Shown in pieces: positions 57,201 to 64,000 of a DNA stretch of 64,000 nt. The notes beneath the pieces were generated by a model. The model had not been told where the DNA came from, searched no databases, and saw only the letters and a program-made list of their open reading frames with translations. This DNA comes from Euglena gracilis (lineage: Eukaryota): positions 19,640,642 through 19,704,641 of the forward strand of contig CP154954.1 in NCBI GenBank assembly GCA_039621445.1, in the 5' to 3' direction. Both the position numbers and the translations under genes were made by a program. Within the stretch, counting starts at the first letter, position 1. Each line of letters begins with the position of its first letter.

Positions 57201-60200
57201 CCAAAAAAGTTTGGTTTTCGACCACCGTGGCCTGAGACTCGAGACAGTCTGAAAATAGTGTCTCCCTGCACCCCAGGGCCTGGGGACGAAAGCAACGACT
57301 AGGAACGCCACGGGCACAGCGCTCCCGAGTCCCAGTGTGCATGAACACAAGGCGGCGGGTGATGAAACGAGGGGACTCCGTTACTCATTTGCGCTTTGGA
57401 GCAAATTTTTGAAATTACAAAAAATAAAACCATTTGCGCTTTGGCGCAAATTTTTGACTTTTTTGTGATTCAACACGTGGGTGACCATTGCCGCATTTGA
57501 ACAATGATAACAACTTTTGAGTCAACGTGTGTTTCCATTTGCGCCAAAGCGCAAGGGGTAGGCTCATGAAGAATGGAAATTTACGAGTTACCTTGCGCCA
57601 AAGCGCAAATAGAAATACAATTTTTAAAATTGCAAAAGCAACATGGCTTGCGCCGAAGCGCAAATATAACTGTTTAAAACTTATCTCACAACGCAGGGAG
57701 AGAATGGCCCTGGTGGAGTAACAACACCAGAGGGGATAGAGCACAAAAACGTAGAACAGGGGGACGGAAGCCTACTCTTAGTCACGTTGACTTAAAACTG
57801 GTCAACATTGCGCGTCGGCGCAAGAGCCACGTTGCTTTGACAATTTTAAAAGTGTATTTCTACTTGCGCTTTGGCGCAATATAACTCTTAAATTTCCATT
57901 CTTCATGAGCCTACCCATTGCGCTTTGGCGCAACAGCCATCAAGTTGTATTTTCCATTTTTATCACTGCGGGTGGAGAGAGCAGTCCTGGAAGCATCTCA
58001 TCACCAGAGCGGACAGAGCTCAGATGGAGGGAAGCCTTGCCTGGGACAGGAAGCCAACCCCTGGTCTGTGAAAACAACCACCAACTTCTTGATAGCCAGA
58101 CGTGTCTTGTCCTATATGTTGTAAACCCAACTTCCAGTGCCAGAGGTTCCTCCCACTTGCCTCGCAGTTAAGCGTGCCTGAGGGGCCCTTCTCTTTGGCC
58201 GACTTTTAAAAGTCGGAATATACCTGTGTGGAAAAGAACAGGTACCAGATAAACCCTGGGAACCACAGCCGAGGAAACAGTTTTAGGCGTCGAAAAGGTG
58301 TTTTAAAGAAGCTCGTCACCCCCCTTTCCTCGCCCAGGATTTGAAGCACAGAACTTTGGGGATGAGCGAATGGAATTGAGAAATTGAAAGGGCCCATCAA
58401 CAGCGGCGGAGAAGGGAAGACATGCTGACACGCCTTTTTGCGGTATTTTGCAACCCACCAGACAGCCACATGCCACCAGGCAGATGGAGGCATTGTTCAG
58501 CAGAAAAAGCCTTTCTGTCAACATCCCCAAAAAACCCCACTTCGTGCACCGAGTGCAAGGTCACTGAGGCACCACAGCCTACCGCCCACCATTCGTCTTA
58601 TTGTAACAACCACTTCCTCCCCAGCACCTGAATAGTTCAAAAGCACCAACCCAGCTTCTGGCACAGCAGCGCACAAACCCCCCTCACCATTCTCCCCTAT
58701 CCCCCACCTTCTCACACAGCACGAACGCATTCAAATACATCTGCCATTTAAAAGGACATTTGCGCTTAAGCGCAAATTTTTAGCTTGCGCTTAAGCGCAA
58801 GTTAAAAAATTTGCGCTTAAGCGCAAGCTAAAACAGAAGCCCATGAGCTTGTGGGAGTCCCTCTGATGTGTTACGGTGTGTCGGGGGCCCCTCTCTGAAC
58901 GGCCAGAGTGCGGGCTTGGTGAGGAAATACCTTGTGCCGAAGCGCAAAGGACATGCCTACATAATGCACTGCTTGTTCATCAACATTACACGTCAGCCGC
59001 GTGTTTGCACTTCTCAGTTTTTTGTATGATGGTTTGCGCTTCGGCGCAAGGTATTTCCTCACCAAGCCCGCACTCTGGCCGTTCAGAGAGGGGCCCCCGA
59101 CACACCGTAACACATCAGAGGGACTCCCACAAGCTCATGGGCTTCTGTTTTAGCTTGCGCTTAAGCGCAAATTTTTTAACTTGCGCTTAAGCGCAAGCTA
59201 AAAATTTGCGCTTAAGCGCAAATGTCCATAAACATTGCCTTCTGTGCCCGGCAGTGTGGGGCCTGGCGTTGCTCACCAGACGTTGGGAGAGGTCCCTAGG
59301 CTTGCCCTCAGTGCCCCCAACCCCCCCCACCAGGGTGGTTCCCGCTGTACCGCTCCTCACGCTTCAAGCACCCAGGGATCACAACTTTGTGACACGCCAT
59401 TTTTTCCAACTTTTCACAACGTGCATGTAGAGTCCACCCTCTGGATGCCTCAGCAACCAAACTCTTCACGGACATATTGCAGAGCCAAAAACAACAACAA
59501 AAAGGGCCAATTGTCACCTGGACTGTGTGGCACCATTCGGGGAACACTGTCAAGGCTTCAAAAACGAGGGACTCACAACGGGGGTTTTGGCCCATTTTTG
59601 GGAAAATTCACGTGTCTCGGCGGTCAAACCCAGGGTTTTGGACCTTTTTCAAAATGGTGCACAGGCTGAAAAACACCAAAATTGGGCCTGTTCCCCAGGT
59701 CCCAACATCGGAAAATGATGCACACGCCACCGTGGAGGGTCTCCGCGGAACCAGAGGGTCAAAAGGGTGGGTTCTACCGCCGGGTCTCAAAGAAATCGAA
59801 AATTTGCGCCAAAGCGCAAGCTAAAAATGAAAACCTTAAGTGCGAGTTAGGCCGCCTAAGGCCGAAGGAAGGCAAAATTCCTGAAACCATCAGTGAACGT
59901 CCAACGTCCTACGCCAAAAGACCAGTGCCTCGCCCGGAGAGCCCAATACAAAATGCGACCTTGTCAACAGGCGGAATTTGACGAACCCCAGGAGTGGTGC
60001 CAGGCGGGCACTACCCCCCCCCCGGGTCGGTGCCTGTTCATGGCACAAAAAGTGCCAAAAATGGGCTTTTCTGGGCTGCCAGAGCCAAAGGTGCCAGAAG
60101 TGTCTTGGCCGAGCACCCAAATCCGACCCCCGGGGGGGGGGGTCGGATTTGGGTGCCTTGGAGTGCCTTCCAAAAATGCTAAAACTCAGCCTGGTCAATG

Positions 60201-62927
60201 TCAAATGCTGTTTTCACAAATAATTTTCACATAATTTTTATGGTTCTCTTCGTCAGAGGGCAACATTGTGAATTTTTTTTGCTCTCACTGCCTCGTGCCT
60301 TGCTGGAAACAGGTGGTTGCTTTTCGGTTTTACCTGTGAAGGGGGGGAGGGCAAAATTACTTGGACACATCTCGTTGACCGTTCCCCGTGCAAAGTCATT
60401 TGGGCACGCAAAGCTTAAGGCTTCAGGGCACTGAACACTTATTTGGGAGGGTGGTCTAAGAACACAAATGAGGTAATTATGAACAGAGCCCAGTTGGGAA
60501 CGTGGGGTAGCGGGAGGAGTAGTAGAACTCGTCCGGGTCCAGGTTGAGCAGCCAGTCCGCGAATCCCTTAAACCGGTTGAAGCAGAACCGCATGGCTGGG
60601 GGGCAGGGCGAGGCCTATATGGCCAGCCCAGGGGTCACATGGACAGAAGCTGCCCCGGACGAAAAGGAATCGACAACCATGGGAGTGGGCCACCTCAACC
60701 AGGGTGGGGCAAGAGTGGGGGCCCTGCTGAAAGGGGGGGGTTGTAGGCTGGTGGGTCTGAAGGCCGGGAGGGGGGGTCCATGGGGAGGGGACGGACAGGG
60801 GGGGGGGGGCAACAAAAGAGCACTGGTGGAAGGGGTCCCTGGCACTCGCCACACAGCAAACTGGGCCAGAAGCGAAGTGAGCGCCGGCTATAAACAGACA
60901 AGAAGCCTGAGTGCAACTAAGGGGGTCCATCCCCCACCCACCGCCCGTGAGCTTTCCGTTCAACCCTAGTGGGGGGGTGACTGGGCCCTGGAGGCAAGAG
61001 TGGGCCCTGCTGAAGGTGGGGGGCTTTGGGCCGGTGGGTCTGAAGGCTGGGGGGTCCACCCCCCCCCACCCACCACCCATACGCTTTCCGTTCAACGCTG
61101 TTGGGGGGGGGGGGGGGTGACTGGCGGGGCCCTGGGGGCGACCTGCTCCATCAGCTGCGGGGCGTCGTACACGACGGGGAACCGCGCGGTGGTCACGAGG
61201 CCGCGCGTGACGTACGGCCGCAGAATGCGCTCCGAGGCCTCCACTGACCGCCGCGAGACGTTGGGGGGAGGCCCGGGCTGGCCAGCAGGGACGGAGGTCG
61301 CAACTTTTCTAAAACTCCAGGGAGAAGCTTGCTTCCGAACAGGCGAAATCAGAGCTCGGAGCTGCTTGGTGTGGACCAGGGGGGTTTTTAAGACCGGGGG
61401 GAGGGGGGGAGGGGGTGGGCACCCACCCACCCACCCCCTGGGGTGGGGCCCCCGGGGGAGGGGGAGGGGGTCCCGGGGGACCCACCCACTTTTGCCCGAA
61501 AATGGCCAAAAAAACGCTAAAAATAGCACCTTTTCAAAACTTTCGGCGCCTTCGGCGCTGAAAAAGATATACCTACCCCCACCCCCCCCCCCCAGGGGGG
61601 AGGGGGTGCAAGGGACCCACCCACCTGGGGCCTAAACCCCCCCCCATTTAAACCGACCCGTCGGTTTAGGACTTTTGGGTTGGCGGAAATCCTGGAGGGG
61701 GTCGGTTTAGACAGGGGGTCGGTTTCAGGGGGAGCACGCGGCTGGCCGACGGCGTGACGGAAGCGGGTTGATGTTAGCAAGGCAATTTCAATTGGCAAAT
61801 GCCCAATTTGGTCGGCCAATGCCCAGCTTTGAGTGACAAATGCCTAATTTGGGAGGCAAATTCTTAATTTTCGGGGGCAAATGCTGAATTTTGGGTGTAA
61901 TATCCAATTTTTGGTGGCAAACTGCCTAATTTTGGGTGCAAACTTCAAATTTTAGATAGAAAATGCCTAATTTTGTAATTTTAGGGTTCCAACACCAAAT
62001 TTTCGGAGGAAAATGCCCAATTTGAGGTGCAAACTCCAAAATTTGGAAGCAAATGCCTAATTTTGGGTGTAAAATCCCAATTTTGGGTCATCAACACTAA
62101 CTATTCAATGAGCATGGTCGCACTTTCCGTTGGCGGCTTCCATTATGTTGCGCATGTTTGTCATCCAACTTGCCATGGGTCGGTTTATTTATTTTTTTGG
62201 TTGAAATTCTGCAATGGGTCGGTTTGGAAGGGTAGGTCGGTTTAGAAGGGGAGTCGGTTTAAATGGGGGGGGGGGTTACCCCCCCGGGGGAGGGGGTCCA
62301 AAACTAAAAAAAACCCTGGTGTGGACACAAACACTCCGGTAATGGGGTTGATTCCACACATGTGACCCCGCACAAACAAATGGATATTCAAAAGAAATGG
62401 AATGGTTGGAGTGTCGCAACACAGACACTTCCGGTTTGCCGGACAGGTAGAAGCGCCGCAACGAAGCCAGCCAGGGCCTCGGGCGTGGAGGGTCGTCATG
62501 TGGACGAGGAAGAGGTGGTCGATGCCCAGCATCAGGTTGTACAGCACCCATTCCTGGAGGTAGGGGTCCTCCAGGTACAGCGCGGTGCAGACCGTCACCT
62601 TGCAGCGGGCGGCCCGGGTACAGTTTGAGTGGAGGCGGGGCAGGACGAGGGGGGGTGGGTTCCATCGACACACCTCTTGTCTGGAATGCCGTCCCGTGCT
62701 GCGCGTGGATGTTTGATACCACGTTCTGTGGGTGTTGCTATGACACACACACACACACACCAGGCTTTTGCTTAAGGACCCCGGGGGGGGGGGGTACTGG
62801 CTAGCCAATCGGCTAGACACTGGAAAAAGTGGACTAGCTAGACCCCCCCCCCGGGGGGGTCCGGGGGTCCCCCGGACTGGAAAAAAAATTTTCCTCCGGC
62901 GCGCAGCTTTCCCTTAAGCAAAAGCCT

Positions 62928-63019
<92 letters not shown>

Positions 63020-63450
63020 CACACATACACACATACACACACACTGATGTGGTTATTGTTATGCCATTGTGTACCCACGTTGCTTGTGCATGAAAGCCCC
63101 GAAGAAAGGCAGGCACATAAGCAAGGCAAAGAATAGGCATGGTTTCAGCTGGTGATTTAGGCACTTGCGCTGCGGACGCTGTGGTTGTAACATGTGAGTG
63201 GCGGCTTCAGCAAGAAGTGACGTCTAACAGTCCACCTGCAGCAATGTGGTCGAGGGAAACTCCCTCTGCCTGTGCTGTGCACCGTGTTGGGGTCCACAGA
63301 GCCAAGGTGCCGCCGAAACTCCTCCACCGTGGTGAACCGGGTGGAGCGGACGGAAGCCGCGGCCAAGCGCCCACAAACCACCCCGACATGCCCGCTGTGG
63401 AGGCTTGCCAGGGACAGCGATGGCCGCGGCCTCGCAGGGCTCTCGGCGGC
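54218..63450 (-). CDS. Glycosyltransferase family 92-like (GT-A fold, DxD), multi-exon
   Basis: Exons: VCTALYLEDPYLQEWVLYNLMLGIDHLFL (~62500-62610), RILRPYVTRGLVT (~61142-61245), CFNRFKGFADWLLNLDPDEFY (~60497-60595), AVALPWVMFGSS|GHEKRP, HLKHFHSKSLQDWMWK (~55930-55975), last exon ending RWGPLSCF* at 54218. The upstream exon at ~63290-63450 and the start are tentative. Confidence 0.78.
54458..54625. mobile_element. TA-flanked MITE with CTGACAG internal repeats (second copy at ~29021-29185)
   Basis: TIR ccccgggaaactgtc / gacagtttcccgggg. Colinear similarity to 29021-29185. Confidence 0.75.
54826..55541. mobile_element. TIR element with (TTGCGGAAA)n subterminal repeats and 7-bp TSD
   Basis: Termini cag(n)attgatatc / gatatcaatttccccccctg. 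Perfect cccaatg on both flanks. Confidence 0.85.
57136..59860. mobile_element. 2.7-kb TIR element with 5-bp TSD, containing two internal foldbacks
   Basis: Perfect 24-bp TIR cttaggcggcctaactcgcactta. gccga on both flanks. Many TTGCGCnnnnGCGCAA motifs. Confidence 0.85.
58754..59227. repeat. Near-perfect 195-bp inverted repeat (foldback) with 84-bp spacer
   Basis: 58754-58948 is the reverse complement of 59033-59227, with one mismatch seen by eye. Confidence 0.92.
61377..62318. mobile_element. hAT-type MITE (family B) with a nested TA-flanked element at ~61633-62278
   Basis: Termini caggggggtttttaag / ctaaaaaaaaccctg. Perfect 8-bp TSD gtgtggac. The nested element has ccccatttaaaccgac TIRs and ~21-bp degenerate tandem repeats. 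Confidence 0.88.
62761..62928. mobile_element. hAT-type MITE inserted in a (CA)n microsatellite
   Basis: Perfect 17-bp TIR caggcttttgcttaagg / ccttaagcaaaagcctg, with acacacac on both sides. Confidence 0.85.
62929..63044. repeat. (CA)n microsatellite
   Basis: Direct inspection. It continues on the other side of the MITE at ~62743-62760. Confidence 0.95.
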
Positions 63451-64000
63451 CACTGAGTTTGTGCAGCCGTAACCCCCCCCCCCCCCGGGGCCGGCCACCA
63501 AAGAGGGTCCTATAGTCCCTCGGGGTCATAAGTTGGGGTTAGAGCAGTGTCTTGCCAAGTGGAGGGAAAGGAGAAGAGAGGAGGGAAAGCACGGGCAAAA
63601 TGGAACCACAATCTGCCACCAAAGAAAGGAGGGAATCCAAAGCTACATATCCCCCGGCGATTGCTCAGATTTTATGCCCATCATGAGTTACAATATTGTG
63701 TATGTGATGTAATGAATGCTGTATACATTATGGCAGATTGAATGCACAAAATCAGCACCTGCAGTGGACTCATGCTGCATAGCATCTTCAATGTTTGGCG
63801 AAGCGTGGACTTGAGCGGCAGAGGGCTCCAACTCTGGATTGAGGAAACTGAACATGGCGATGGCAGGGATTCCTGGAATAACAGCAAAAGGTCACTTACA
63901 GTAAAAAGGTTGAAAATTTGAAGCACTGCCCTTATAAGTTCCAGGTTGCCCTGAGAATCGCCAACGAGTTCATTTGTGCTGGCGCTCCGCAAAATGCGAA

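Noticed and set aside
57950-58630. Possible Ulp1-like protease remnant (GMWLSG, WHWKL) in the 5-bp-TSD element
   Set aside because: The motifs are too short and interrupted by stops to support without a profile search.
63681-63992. ORF or exon at the window end
   Set aside because: It could be the tail of an upstream gene, but the frame and identity cannot be determined.

Overview
Eukaryotic genomic DNA, most likely euglenid (inferred from the intron type). Five intron-rich genes lie head-to-tail on the minus strand: a GT92-like glycosyltransferase, a calcyphosin-like EF-hand protein, an RRM plus DEAD-box helicase, adenylate kinase 6 and a GT8 glycosyltransferase. A truncated DIRS-like retroelement follows them. 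Exons are short and GC-rich. Introns mix canonical GT-AG with euglenid-type nonconventional introns, whose terminal stem pairs intron position +4 with -6. Introns are full of MITEs, hAT remnants and microsatellites. Main finding: two nonconventional introns (39580-40797 and 20685-20912) are complete copies of a CAG...CTG hAT-type MITE family with a recognisable 8-bp target-site duplication (TSD). Splicing 3 nt before the CAG and 5 nt after the CTG removes the element plus exactly one TSD copy (3+5=8) and restores the reading frame. This would explain the CAG(+4..+6)/CTG(-8..-6) intron consensus as a hAT footprint. All exon boundaries and family calls were made by eye, without database searches.
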